A DNA stretch of 64,000 bases from positions 38,626,001 through 38,690,000 of the forward strand of contig OX597829.1 of the NCBI GenBank assembly GCA_951406725.2. Direction: 5' to 3'. The first letter of the stretch is position 1; each line of letters starts with the position of its first letter. Position numbers and translations under genes: made by a program. Source of the DNA: Octopus vulgaris. Taxonomy: Eukaryota. Of this stretch, positions 1-13,064 are shown piece by piece. A model generated the notes under the pieces. That model saw only the letters and a program-made list of their open reading frames with translations, searched no databases and was not told where the DNA came from.

Positions 1-87
1 ACACTTGCCCAAGGTGCCACGCAGTGGGACTGAACCCGGAACCATGCGGTTGGTAAACAAGCTACTTACCACACAGCCACTCCTGCA
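1..87 (-). mobile_element. SINE family A head (cut by window edge)
   Basis: Reverse complement of tRNA-like head GGAGTGGCTGTGTGGTAAG...GGTTCAGTCCC...CCTTGGGCAAGTGT seen in many copies. Confidence 0.85.
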
Positions 88-532
88 ACTGTTGACATTT
101 AATGGCCACCCCTACCACCACAGAATTTACTATCAAAACGTGCGTATTCATGCAGCTGGAGGTTGTCTGCAGAAACCAAATTTCCAACAAAACTACAATA
201 GGAACCCACGCATTGCTTCAGAAACCGATTAATGTTAAGGAATTGCATAAGTTTATTCCCGTGATCAATTTTGTTGCATCAAATAAACTAGGGAATTGTC
301 TATAAAAACAATAACAACAACAATAATGATAATATGAATCTAAATTCTATTTATCCTAATGTCATATCCTATAGTTAACTCTTTTACATTACTGTCGCCA
401 TGGTTACACATTTGAAGAAAATGTATTCATTGGCTGTCTAAAGTCTCTGGAATTGAGCGTGTCATTGTTGTTGGCATTGATTCCATTGTCATCCTTACCA
501 TTTGGTCATCTTCATTGTTACTACCAATAATT

Positions 533-920
533 TCTTTTACTCTACTCTTTTACTTGTTTCAGTCATTTGACTGCAGCCATGCTGGAGCACTGCCTTTAGT
601 CGAGCAAATCGACACCAGGACTTTGTAAGCTTAGTACTTATTCTATCAGCCTCTTTTGCTGAACCGCTAAGTTACAGGGAGGTAAACACACCACCATTGG
701 TTGTCAAACGTTGTTGGGGGGACAAACACAAACACACACACACACACATACATATACATATATACGATGGGCTTCTTTCAGTTTCTGTCTACTAAATCCA
801 CTCACAAGGTTGTCCCGAGGTTATAGTAGAAGACACTTGCCCAAGGTGCCACACAGTGAGACTGAACACGGAACCATGTGGTTGGTAAGCAAGGTACTTA
901 CCACACAGCCACTCCTGTGC
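533..920 (-). mobile_element. SINE family A, full length (tRNA-like head, central (TA/TG)n, (AAAAGAGT)n-like tail)
   Basis: A-box TGGCTGTGTGG and B-box-like GGTTCAGTCCC in the family consensus; about 20 near-identical copies in the window. Confidence 0.9.
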
Positions 921-1404
921 CTTTATTGTAATCTTTTTTTTTTGTTATATTTCAAGGGGAAATTAGAACTTTTGTGTGTTCATGCCTTTCCCAATTCAGG
1001 ATCATTTATATTTTTTAACTGTTGTCAGCTGCTGACACTGGAAACTGAACAGTTTCAGGGTTTTTACCTAGCCCTCCCCCACCACTCACCTCTGCTACTT
1101 CCAGTAGAATTACCTTAACCCTCTCTATGCAAAACAATACCACCACCACCCTAATCATAACCACCATCACTGCCACCACCCCCTCCCCATTCCCCATTAG
1201 CATCAGCAGCCATATTGCAAGCAGCATAATCATCATCTACATCATAACTAGCTTAGTCTTCTTCATCATGTGAACAATATCATCACAACTACAAATTGTC
1301 GTCATGATTTGTCATCTCTAATCATCGTTACCACTGAAACCATCATCACAACCACCATGATCATCACCGTCATATGAACATCATTGTCAATATATTTGTC
1401 ACCA

Positions 1405-1638
1405 TTAAGAAGGTGACTAACTGTCAGAATCATTAGCATGCCAGGCAAAACGCTTAGCAGCATTTCGTCTGTCTTTATGTTCTGAGTTCAGATTCTGCCA
1501 TGGTTGACTTTGCCTTTCATCCTTTCGGAGGTTGATGAAATAAGCACACATAATGTACTGATGTTGATATAATCAGTTATCCCACTCACTCAAAATTTCA
1601 GGCTTTCTGTCTATATTACAAAGGATTATTATTACTAT
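1405..1638 (+). mobile_element. SINE family B variant (MetaSINE-like) with (ATT)n tail
   Basis: GAGTTCAGATTC B-box-like motif followed by GCCTTTCATCCTTTCGG..TTGATGAAATAAG, resembling the Meta domain. Confidence 0.75.
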
Positions 1639-2198
1639 TGAGTGAGAGAGCAGTGGATGCCATCAAAGTGACACTGGGGTACAAATATATGAAGCCCAGT
1701 ATACCCATCATGACTACCCATCTGATAAGGGTACACCAGGCACATGCACCACAACCGTATGTGCATGACATGGTGATCTTATAATCAAGATAAACAGCAC
1801 ATGATCTTGCAGGTGGGGCCCAGTTAGAATTTTCTTCAGGTTGAGTAGCCCATCCCGCTCAAAAGGTCCCTGAATAAGGGTTGTTTAAGGATGTTGAATG
1901 AAACACCCATGTTTCCAGAGGTGAATTATTCAAGGCCCAAAGAATCCCTCTCAACACATGGCTATGATGCTCCCCCACTACTTCTGCTCGTGATCAGAGA
2001 TGCACATATCGTCAGCCACTAAGGGACATGCTCAACTGGTTAAGGTCAAACAACTGACAAGCAAATCTGTGGTATTGAGCAGAATATTTGCTGTAGCCCA
2101 TCTTTTATACGAAGACAAAACAATGTACATGATAACACATCCAATCAGTTAAGATCAGAAGCCATGAGAGCCACTACCTGGTACTACACTAGGGCATT
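1639..2198. repeat. Unclassified ~560 bp insertion inside an (ATT)n tract
   Basis: Higher-GC block bounded by (ATT)n on both sides, splitting a tandem SINE-B array. Confidence 0.45.
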
Positions 2199-2211
2199 AT
2201 TATTATTATTA

Positions 2212-2860
2212 TTTAAGACAGTGTGCCGTCAGAATCATTAGCATGCCAGGCAAAATGCTTAGCAGTATTTCATCTGTCTTTATGTTCTGAGTTCAAATCC
2301 TGCCGAGGTTGACATTACCTTTCATCCTTTCGGGGGTTGATGAAATAAGCACACATAATGTACTGAAGTTGATATAATCAGTTATCCCACTCCCTTAAAA
2401 TTTTAGGCCTTCTGCCTATATTACAAAGGGTTATTATTATTATCATTATTATTAAGGTGACAGTCTGGCAGAGTTGTTAGCACACCGGGCAAAATGCTAA
2501 GTGGCATGTCATCCATCTGCATGATATGAGCTCAAATTCCACTGAGGTCAGAATCGTTTTGAGATCATGTAATTGATTTACCCACTCTCCTTGAATTGCT
2601 GGCCTTGTGCCAAAATTTGAAACCGTGATTATTGTTATTAAGACAGCAACCTGACAGAACCGTTAGCACACCAGACAAAATGGTTAGCAGCATTTTGTTC
2701 GTATTTACATTCTAGGTTCAAATTCCAGAGAGGTCGACTCCGCCTTTTGTCCTTTCATGATCAATAAAATATGTACCATTTGAGCACTGGGATGAATGTA
2801 ATTGACTTAACCCCTCCCCTGAACTTGTTGGCCTTGTGCCTAAATTTGAAACCATTATAT
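2212..2860 (+). mobile_element. Three head-to-tail SINE-B variant copies joined by (ATT)n
   Basis: Repeated units ..GCAGAATC.TTAGCA...GTTCAAATTC...GGCCTTGTGCC.AAATTTGAAACC. Confidence 0.8.
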
Positions 2861-3274
2861 TCATTATATTTGTCATAATTAATACTATATCAACACCTCA
2901 GCATTAATCAACATCATCATCACGTTATCAAAAGATCAATACTGCTATGATGTAACATTGAATAAATATGTATCTGTTTCTGATAAATATCCGGGTGACA
3001 GTGAACATATAATCATGTGACTACATTTCCTTCATATTGTATTTCCTGGCACACAAGTCAACACAGTATTCAGTGTAAACATTTAGTGCAAAAACTCAAG
3101 CATCATCACTGTCTTTCCAAATTCTGCTGCATTTCACTTGGGATTTTTGTCATCCAAAGTAGTCTTGGTATAAAAGTCAATCTATCTTTTCTGATTGAAA
3201 ATTTAAGTCTGAAAAATTTGACTTGTTATATCAGAAAATACACGTGTTTTTGTTCTTGTTGTTGCTATGACTGC

Positions 3275-3443
3275 TCTGTCGTTACATTCTGAGTTCAAAT
3301 TCTGCCGAGGTCGACTTTGCCTTTCATCCTTTCGGGGTCGATAAAGTACCAGTTTCACACTGTGGTTGATGTAATCGACTTAATCCCTTTGTCTGTCCTT
3401 GTTTGTCCCCTCTATGTTTAGCCCCTTGTCAGTTGTAAAGAAA
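3275..3443 (+). mobile_element. SINE family B, 5'-truncated
   Basis: GAGTTCAAATTCTGCCGAGGTCGACTTTGCCTTTCATCCTTTCGGGGTCGATAAAGTACCAG...GTAAAGAAATA. Confidence 0.85.
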
Positions 3444-4480
3444 TATATAGTCATTGAACTTTGTATTAGCAGACTGGTTCTCAAAGCCTTTCCAATTGTG
3501 ACCATCCAATACTTATTTTTTTAACAGGTATGCAGGATTACATTATCTAAAGTTATGTGTGATGGTATAGGGTGTGTATTCAAGACCACCTTCGTCATTT
3601 ATCATCTTCCTTCCATGCTGGCATGGGTTGGATGGTCTGACAGGAGCTGGCCAGGCAGAAGATTGCACCAAATTTCTGTCAGTTCTGGCAATGTTTTTTG
3701 AAGCTGGATGCCCTTCCTAACACCAACCACCCAGCAGAGTGGACACAATTGTAAGCATCAAGTCACAACTAATATATTTAGTGTAGTGAGCCTAGTAAAT
3801 TAAGATTATACCCCTAGTGAGGGAAACTCATCAGCATAGTAATTAATTCTGGTCAAGTATAGCAGGGGAGATAACACAATATGCCCATTATCTAACTGTA
3901 TCTTTTCCTTGCAGTTGCATTGTTTGGAGGAAGTTTTGGCTGCTATTTCTAGCTAGGTGAACAACTCTGTAGAGCTTCTCTGTATTGTCGTTGTTGATGT
4001 TGTTCCTGTTACAATTTGTCAGTGTTTGTAAGTTAAATGAACAGTGTACTGCTTGTGTCAAACATGTTTTGCTTTTTTCATCATAATCGTTATCATCATC
4101 ATCATCAGAACCATTGTGCTTTGTAACCTTTTGCAAATAAAGACAACTCCTAACCCTATCCAATCCCCACCCTGTTAACAAAGAGCCGGTTCTTCTGGAC
4201 CAAAAGAAAGACAGAAAGAAAATAAACATGCTTGGCTTATTATTTATGTCATCAGGCTACATAGCTTATATTGAGATAAGGTCACTTAATTCAAACCTAC
4301 TACAGGTATCTCATTGTGTGATAGTACAGTACATCTAATACTTAATTGTTTGTACTTCAGTTGAAGTTATATGTATTAATCCACTCTAAGTATGGTTTCA
4401 AGGCCACATGCAACTTTTGAGGCCATCTGGTATGACCTTCTGGAAGTTCTGGATTTTATAAAAATCATACATAAAAGATT

Positions 4481-4860
4481 CTTTTATTCTTTTACTTGTG
4501 TCAGTCATTTGACTGCAGCCATGCTGGAGCACTGCCTTTAGTCAAGCAAATCAACCCTTGGACTTATTCTTTGTAAGCCTAGTACTTATTCTATCGGTCT
4601 CGTTAGCCGAACCGCTAAGTTACGGGGACGTAAACACACCAGCATCGGTTGTCAAGCAATGTTGGGGGGACAAACACAGACACACAAACATACATTTATA
4701 TGACAGGCTTCTTTCAGTTTCCGTCTACCAAATCCACTCACAAGGCTTTGGTCAGCCCGAGGCTATAGAAGAAGACACTCGCCCAATGTGCCACGCAGTG
4801 GGACTGAACCCGGAACCATGTGGTTTGTAAGCAAGCTACTTACCACACAGCCACTCCTAC
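4481..4860 (-). mobile_element. SINE family A, full length
   Basis: Collinear match to other A copies. Confidence 0.9.
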
Positions 4861-4884
4861 ATATTTTAACTATTGTTTCTTATG

Positions 4885-5200
4885 TTTTCTTTGTTTCAGT
4901 CTTTAGACTATGGCCATGCTGGGGCACTGCATTGAAGCACTTTTTTATTAAATGAATCAATCTCAGTGGTTATTTTTTGTTAAGCCTGGAGCTTATTCAT
5001 TCAGTCTCTTTTTGCCGAATTGCTAAGCCATGGTGATATAAACACACAAACACTGGTTGTCAAGCAGTGGTGAACACACACACACACATATATGACAAGC
5101 TTCTTTCAGTTTCCATCTACTTACTAAAGGTGTCACACAATGGGTCTGAACTTGAAACCATGTGGTTGGGAAGAAAGCTTCTCAACCATATGGCCATACC
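4885..5200 (-). mobile_element. SINE family A, old diverged copy
   Basis: Diverged match to A tail and head. Confidence 0.7.
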
Positions 5201-5858
5201 TTTTTATATGTCACAAATAAATTATTAGAGTAATAGGATCGAACACCCTGTGATATTTGTTCTGGCTTGTATGATCTGAGTTCAAATCCTACCAAGCACA
5301 ACTTAGCCTTTCATATCCTTTCAGAGTTGATGAGATAAAGTACCGTTTCAAAATTTTGAGTTGAAAGAATTTTTAGTATCAGGTGAGATGCCTTGCAATA
5401 TTTCAGGGTAACTTCCATCCTTCCTCCCACCCATTTGGAATGTTATGTAAAAAATACAGGACAATAGGCACTACCCTTCCTTTTCTAGCAATAAAAAAAA
5501 GCACCACCACTTGGTTATTGGGAGCTTTTAGCAGAATTTACTGTTACATGCATTCAGGTAATATCTCTGGCTTCAGGATAACTTTCTCCCTTCCTCAGAA
5601 GCCCTAGAAAGTTACAGACCGATAGGTATATTACCCTTCTTTTCCTTTCTAAGTCATAAAAACAATTTCAAATCTTGTCTCCCGTGGAGAAACTTTTTAT
5701 ACTTTTCCAATTGAAAATTCATGTTTGTACTTATCTATTGGGTCACATGACTTATTTAATTATAGGGTCATATACTTATGGAGGCAAATATGGGGGCAAT
5801 TGTAAATAAATAGTCCTTCCTATAAAGATGGTCCTATAACTCATAAAACTTCTTTTTA

Positions 5859-6242
5859 TCTCTCTCTATATATAAACGGCAAAATGTCTGTCTGTGTGTG
5901 TGTGTGTGTGTGTGTATCCTTTATACAAATCCTCAATTTTTCAGTTAGAGGGCTCGCACTCCCTATGGTCATTCAAAACCATCCAAAGATGGTGGTGCAC
6001 ATCTTTACATTTCCCCAGTCACCCCGCAAAGCCATTAAAAAATCAATAGAAGTGACATTTTTGTGAATTTTCTATCCAAAACCCGATCAAAATGCCTGAA
6101 ACTTGATACGCCAATTGAATGCCAGCTAGCTGTATGTGATTGGTCGGAGATTTGGACAGTACTCGCGTGTATGTACACACGCACGCAGCTGTATATGCAT
6201 GCACTAGCACTATGACCCGCTGTTTCCAGGTCATTGTGCTAG
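5859..6242 (+). mobile_element. Non-autonomous Helitron
   Basis: 5' TC start, 3' hairpin GCACTATGACC...GGTCATTGTGC, CTAG end, inserted between A and T, no TSD. Confidence 0.7.
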
Positions 6243-7129
6243 TTTTATATAAAATGATTTGTTATAACTTTTTGGTTTGTTATAGACAACATATCAACCT
6301 GAAAATAATGATCTGTTATAGTTTGTAGTCATGTCCAACCCATTGAGAATGGAAAATCTGAAATAGAGGGACAACAAAAATCAGCCTGGAGCAGATAGTA
6401 AAATACCCAGGTATGCCTGCTGCATAAAGAAACAAATGTATAAAAATACAATAAGTAGGTGCTAACATATTAATTAATGATGTAAATCAAGAAATTTTTA
6501 ATTAAAATTGCAGCCCTGTGATGAGAATTTTAAAAAATCCTTTTCTTTAATGGTTAATTCTGGTTCCGAAAGACAGAAGAGACAACCATTCCTGACCAAA
6601 ATTAATCAAAATAACAATTGTTCTCATCATTAAGGATGTAATTTTAATTAATTAAAATTTATTGGCTTACTATTTCAAGTGTATTGGCAGCGATTTTACT
6701 AATTAAAAAGAAAAAAGTGTTAACAGTTTATTTCTTAAAAGTTATAGAAGTGACACATTGTCTATCCATACAAAATTGTTAGCTTGTGTGTTTGATGCTT
6801 GCTAAACAGAATAGTGTTGAAGTAGATTGTCAAATGACAAGTAGAGAGAGAGAGAGAGAGAGAATGTACGAGTGAAATGATGTGCTGATTATCACACATC
6901 TCTAGCACTTTCATTCTAGTTCTAATCCAAGTGTGTGGGATAGAATATATTTTCAAATAAAAGAAAATTAATATTTAACATCATTTTAATAGATAACCAA
7001 TGTTGTATAATTAATAAAACTGTCGTCGTTTTTGATAGCATATTTACAGTAGTGTGTATATAATTTGCAATGAGATTAATGCTGTTGTTTAACCCCAGGT
7101 CCAACTTAGTTGAGTATACCTAGAGATAA

Positions 7130-7550
7130 TAGGTTTGGGCTGTAAATAGTTTGCTTCTCACCAACAAGGTCTTGGGTTCAGTTCCACTTCATGGCACCTT
7201 GAACAAGTATCTACTATAGCCCCAGGCTGACAAGCCTTATGAGTGGATATTATAGATGGAAAAATGAAAGAAACCTGTTGTGTGTGTGTGTGCGTGCGTG
7301 TCAATGTCGCCTTTCTTGGTTTCGTGTGATAGCAGTATCAATGTCATCCAAGCATTGACCTTTGTTTCCAATCTTCTGTGAGAACATGTCTGGCTATGGG
7401 TAAATATTACCTTTCTTGGAAACGGGTAAGGTTGGTAACAGGACAGGCTTGCAGCCATAGAGAATCTGTCTCAACAAAAATTCCATCCTTCCCATGCAAT
7501 CATGGAAAACTAACCATAAACCAACAACAACAATGATGATGATGATGAAT
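7130..7550 (+). mobile_element. Diverged SINE with A-like head and C-like (GAT)n tail
   Basis: GGTTCAGTTCCACTTCATGGCACCTTGAACAAG head; GGTTGGTAACAGGACAGG...CCCATGCAATCATGGAAAA...GATGATGAT tail. Confidence 0.6.
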
Positions 7551-7879
7551 TCCATGCTGTAGCAAGGCTTTTGGTGGTGGTGGTGGTGGTGGAGTGTCTT
7601 TTATTCACTACATCAGTTTTGGTTTTCATAGTATGCCTGCTTTACTGAAGGCAAATACTGGGTTTGTTGATATTGACTAACTGCTTCCATTCAAAATTAC
7701 GGACTTTATGCATAAATTAGAGGGTATTTTCTGAGTTCAAATCCTACCATGATCAATTTTGCTTTTCATTCTTTTTTGTGGAGTGGGGTCAATAAAATAA
7801 AGTACACATCTATTGGGATTGATAATATTGACTGACCCTCCCCCTAAAAATTACTGGCTTAGCCTAAATTTGAAACTAA

Positions 7880-8035
7880 TATTATTATTATTCATGTCAT
7901 TGCATGGAATCGAACTCAGAATCTTGGGGTTAGTAGCCCATGCTCTTAACCACTACGCCATATGCCCATGGGCATAGTGGTTAAGAGCGTGGGCTACTAA
8001 CCCCAAGATTGAGTTCGATTCCAGGCAGTGCCCCG

Positions 8036-8067
<32 letters not shown>

Positions 8068-8080
8068 CATAAAAAAATAC
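7880..8080. mobile_element. Head-to-head inverted pair of tRNA-derived heads (same family as the hammerhead SINE at 40597)
   Basis: Palindrome centred on TATGCCCATGGGCATA; A-box TGGCGTAGTGG on the left arm, B-box GAGTTCGATTCC and (AAT)n on both arms. Confidence 0.8.
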
Positions 8081-8761
8081 TGGGCAAAATGCTTACCCAC
8101 ATTTCACCTGTCTTTATATTCTGAGTTCAAATCTTGCCAAGGTTGACTTTGGTACTTATTTTATCAATCCCACCCCAAAAGAATGAAATGCAGTCAAGCA
8201 CTGGGGTGGGTGTAATCAACTTACTACCCCTTCCCCGAAATTGTTGGCCTTAGGGCAAAACTTGAAAGCATTATTATTATCATTACTACTACTACTACTA
8301 CTGATGATGATGATTTTATCATTAGTAGCATTTTAATTTTTTCTAATTTAAAACCTAAAAAACAAACAATAATTAGTGATATTTTTCAGAAATGTTAACT
8401 CTTTTAAGTCTAAATTAACAATGTAGACTAATTAGTTTAATTAAGGAGAAACATGATTTATATTTCAAAAGGCTGTCATCTGAAGAAAGCTGCATCTTTT
8501 CTCATAAATTCGGTTTTCTTTCTTTCATCTTTTTTTTTTTTTATGTATTTGTCATTTATTTATTGGAATAAATTTCAATAGTGAACGGTTTCAGTATAAT
8601 GCAAAATCTTTGCATGTTCTGATTTATTATTCAAATATTTTAGTTTTTTTTAGTTTTGTCTTGCTGGATTTTTAAAAAATTACTTTTATTTTTCTAATAC
8701 ATTACTTTCTTTTTAAGCAGTTGCACATATCTATGTATGTGAATATATACACGTGTGTGCA

Positions 8762-8900
8762 TCTCTCTCTCTCTCTTCCTCTCTCTTTCTCTCTCTTCCT
8801 CTCTCTTTCTCTCTCTTCCTCTCTCTTTCTCTCTCTTCCTCTCTCTCTATCTCTGTCTCTCTCTCTATCTCTGTCTCCCTTTCTCACTCTCTCTCTTTCT

Positions 8901-8970
<70 letters not shown>

Positions 8971-9052
8971 TTCTTTTTCTATCTCTTTCTCTTTCTCTCT
9001 CTCTTTCTCTCTCTCTTTATCTCTCTTTCTCTCTCTCTTTATCTCTCTCTCA
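8762..9052. repeat. (CT)n-rich microsatellite
   Basis: Near-pure polypyrimidine tract. Confidence 0.95.
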
Positions 9053-10002
9053 CTATCCCCCTCCCTCCCACTAAGTGGCACATATCTTGTGCATAAGCAG
9101 TTTGAAGTAGAATTGTCTGTTGCACACACTCACAAGCCCTATAATCAGAATTGGACACTGTCAGATCCCATTGCAAAGCAAAGGAGACCTAGGATGAAAG
9201 GACAGTGGGAATTATAACCACATCAAGTTGACCCAGTACATATTCCTGGTAACTTGGTCATCTTATTGGTTGACTGTGATCTGCGACTGAGCCAAATTCT
9301 ATTTGGACCTATTTCCTATATAACTGGGTGAACTTGTTTGCAGGCTGTGATTTGAGGTTGACCAGTTCTGTCAGCTTGTTCTGCAGCAGCTCTGGTTTAG
9401 GAGATGCCACTGATGACATCATACTTGTAAGAATAGAGACAAGAAAAATTTATCATGTCTCAGAGATTGTTTAACCAGTTGAATTATTCAGTCAGTAACA
9501 TAAATGCATGAATGGCATCATTTTTAGACAATTTTCTTGAGCTACTTTGATTTTCTTTTTCTAGTAAATATCTTTCAGGATAATTTGAAATTGTTCTTTC
9601 TAGAAGCCTATTTCTGGTGTTTTATATTGTTCAAGAGTGTTAGGATAGTTAACCATCTTTCACTTGCAGCACACTTCAGGTAAAAAAAAAATATGTGCTC
9701 ATGTGTGTGAGTGTATTTTGAAAAAATTAGGATGTATAAACAAGGGGTACATAGTTGATTGCCTCGTATTTATATATTTAATCTAAGGCATACCTGTTGA
9801 AAACGATTTCACCTCACAAGTAAAAGTTATTTATTTGTTAAATTAAAATCAGAAACCAATTGGTCCAGGAAATTAGATGGTAAAATGTTTTTGTTTTTTC
9901 ATTTCGTTCCTGTCAAATTTTATCCCTAATTTTGTGGTTATAGAACCTAGCTGTTCTTTCTAGCATGCTGAATCCCACGAGTGGATTGCATATGTGTTTT
10001 TA

Positions 10003-10061
<59 letters not shown>

Positions 10062-11494
10062 CACACATGCACAGAAGTGTGTATATAAACATGCATGCAG
10101 TCACACGTCTCAAGTAAAAAAAAGTGTATTGAAATATGTATTAATATATTTTAGCATATAAATAATCACCACACAGATTTTGTTTTGTCTTTTTTTATAT
10201 ATAGGATTTTATTCCTATTGAGCACCTAGCTACAATCTTGCAACACACTTTTTGATAATCCATTTTCCAAGTGTGCTCAAGTGGCAGTGACAGCCTATTA
10301 GATTCAACACCTTTCAAAATTTCTCTATATTCTTCACCACTGATTATTAAAATTGAAATGAGTGGAGGAATAGGATTATAGCTGTCTCTTAACTGCAATC
10401 GAATGAAGAAAATCTAACTTGTTGTCTGAAACATCAATTTCTTTTATTTTCTTAAGACATTCGTATATATGGGCTGATGGTAATTTGGCTACTATTTTCA
10501 GCAATTTCTGTAGGATATCTCTTTTAGTTTTTTGAATAACTGTTATTAGCAGTAATTACCAGCATGGTAGCAAGGATTGTGATGAGGTGGTCATGTTGGT
10601 ATTGAGTAGTACTGATGTTAACAGTTTGTTTTTAGACCATGTCTATCTTCATCAATTTATACTTAGGCTCAAGAGTATTCCAACCATGGCCATCCTTTTT
10701 TTTTTTTTTTAGAAGTGTGTAGGACAACATTACCTAATGTACTTACCTGATTAGTCTGTCACATTAAATTTATTGACAGTTTTCACTTAAACATGCATTA
10801 TCTCATAACTTTTGACATTTTGCCTGATGCGAGTGTATTTTTTAGAATGATATTAAAGGTGGGTGTGAGAAGCTGGATCTGGCTAGTTTGAATGTAGAAC
10901 AGGAAGAAAATTTTGGCCAGACACAACCACTTTAAATGGTGAAGGGTTAACACACTCTGGAGTGATTTGAAGTTTTTGGTACTATTTCTAGCAGATAAAG
11001 CAACTGTGCAGAGGCTGTCTCAGTGGCTCATTTTTCATAGCAGTGGTGTTATGGAGGTGATGAGCACAAGTTTTATTTAGGTGGTGTAGCAGTAATAGTG
11101 GTGGTAAACGAGCAAACAAAATAATCTCAATTGCCAAGAAAAATTTATTAAAAAAAAAAGAGTATTAAACAGCAACTAAAAACTCAACTCAAAGCAAAAA
11201 TAAGACAAAAATGGAAATGGTAAATGCTATTGGTTCATTGACTGTAATATTATATATCATGATATCATGGTATTTAGACTAGTCTAGCATACTGAAATAA
11301 CTTGATTATTTAAGCATTGAATTCTTTGAGATGAAGGAAGACAGCGAAAAAAAAAATCAATTCAGTTCTTTTTAGCTTTCTTTTTAGATTTATTTATAAA
11401 CGTTTTTGTTTGCTCCGTTCTTTGTTTTGTTTTTTTTCTTTCTTCTGAATTACATCCCTGCTTTTAGGTGAATTTATTTATATACTTGTGTTTT

Positions 11495-11541
<47 letters not shown>

Positions 11542-11920
11542 AACACACACATCATAATACACTCACTTTTTCATGCTTGTATAGATTAAGTTTTTTTTTT
11601 TTCTTCTCCTAGCACAACATCTCAACATTTGTTGTGGTCTTTAGCTATCATAGTGAGGTTCAACTTTGTGAGATCAGCTTTCACCTCTTCTTCCGCTTGG
11701 ATTATTTGGTACTTCTTTACCCAGTCATCACATTTCATATACATCACATGTTCATAACAACATAGTCTTCTAATTTGTGTACTACATCACATTCTTCTTA
11801 TACCCAGTCTTTTACCACTGTCTCATTTTCTTCTGTCATTTATCACACCTCCAAACATGATTGTTTTGTTTCTTTCCAGTCTTTACACGTCCTCTATGCT
11901 TAGTGCCCATTTTTTGTTTC

Positions 11921-12061
11921 CATGGCTGTGAGGTAAGTAGCTTGCTTACCAACCACATGGTTCCGGGTTCAGTCCCACTAGGCAAGTGTCTTCTATTATA
12001 GCCCGGGCCAACCAAAGCCTTGTGAGTGGATTTGGTAGACAGAATCTGAAAGAAGCCTGTC

Positions 12062-12129
<68 letters not shown>

Positions 12130-12343
12130 GTGTGTATATATTTGTGTGTCTGTGTCTGTCCCCACCAATATTGCTTGACAACTGATGCTGGTGTGTTTAC
12201 GTCCCCATAACTTAGCGGTTCGGCAAAAGAGACCGATAGAATAAGTACTAGGCTTACAATGTATAAGTCCTGGGGTCGATGTGCTTGACTAAAGGCAGTG
12301 CTCCAGCATGGCCACGGTCAAATGACTGAAACAAGTAAAAGAG
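11921..12343 (+). mobile_element. SINE family A
   Basis: Collinear match to other A copies. Confidence 0.9.
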
Positions 12344-12435
12344 TATGCATTTTATACACAAACATCACACAATCTTCCCTTTTCTCAGAGCAAAAAAAAA
12401 AAATGCATCTGTTGCCAGTTGGGCTAACAGTTATT

Positions 12436-12839
12436 CTTTTATTTGTTTGTTTCAGTCATTTGACTGTGGCCATGCTGGAGCAACACCTTTAGTCAAACAA
12501 ATCGACCCCAGGACTTATTCTTTGTAAACCTAGTACTTATTCTATTGGTCTCTTTTGCCGAACTGTTAAGTTGCAGGGACATACACGCCAACACTGGTTG
12601 TTAAACGATGGTGGGCGGACAAACACAAACATACACACGCATGCACACTCACACGCATATGCATATATATATATATGACAGGCTTCTTTCAGTTTCCATC
12701 TACCAAATGCACTCACAAGGCTTTGGTCGGCCTAAGTCTATAGTAGAAAACACTTGCCCAAGGTGCCATGCAATGGGAATGAACCTGGGAACATGTGGTT
12801 GATAAGCAAGCTACTTACCAAACAGCCACTCTTGTGCCT
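12436..12839 (-). mobile_element. SINE family A, inverted relative to the previous copy
   Basis: Collinear match on the minus strand. Confidence 0.9.
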
Positions 12840-13064
12840 AAGATGACAAAGAAAACTCTTTAACACATCTTTAATGATTTGTTACAGTTTTTTTCTGTAC
12901 CAACACTATTTGCAATGACAGTTTACACAAAAATTTGAAATGAAAATTTATGCAATGTTTGCGATTTTAAACATTAGAGAGGCACTTCATCAGACTTGCA
13001 TTAAAGGTGTGTTGTCACATTGTGCATCTTCCAGACCTTATTTTTTGGCTTGTGTGTGTTTGTG

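Noticed and set aside
3888-4194. Minus-strand acceptor followed by a ~100 codon open frame
   Set aside because: No recognisable domain and partly (GAT)n-derived; cannot be distinguished from chance without RNA data
7969-8030. Functional tRNA-Ser gene
   Set aside because: No proper acceptor stem or long variable arm, deletions present, continues into a repeat body; it is a SINE head
10195-10398. 67 aa minus-strand ORF after an acceptor-like site
   Set aside because: No homology recognised; length within chance expectation
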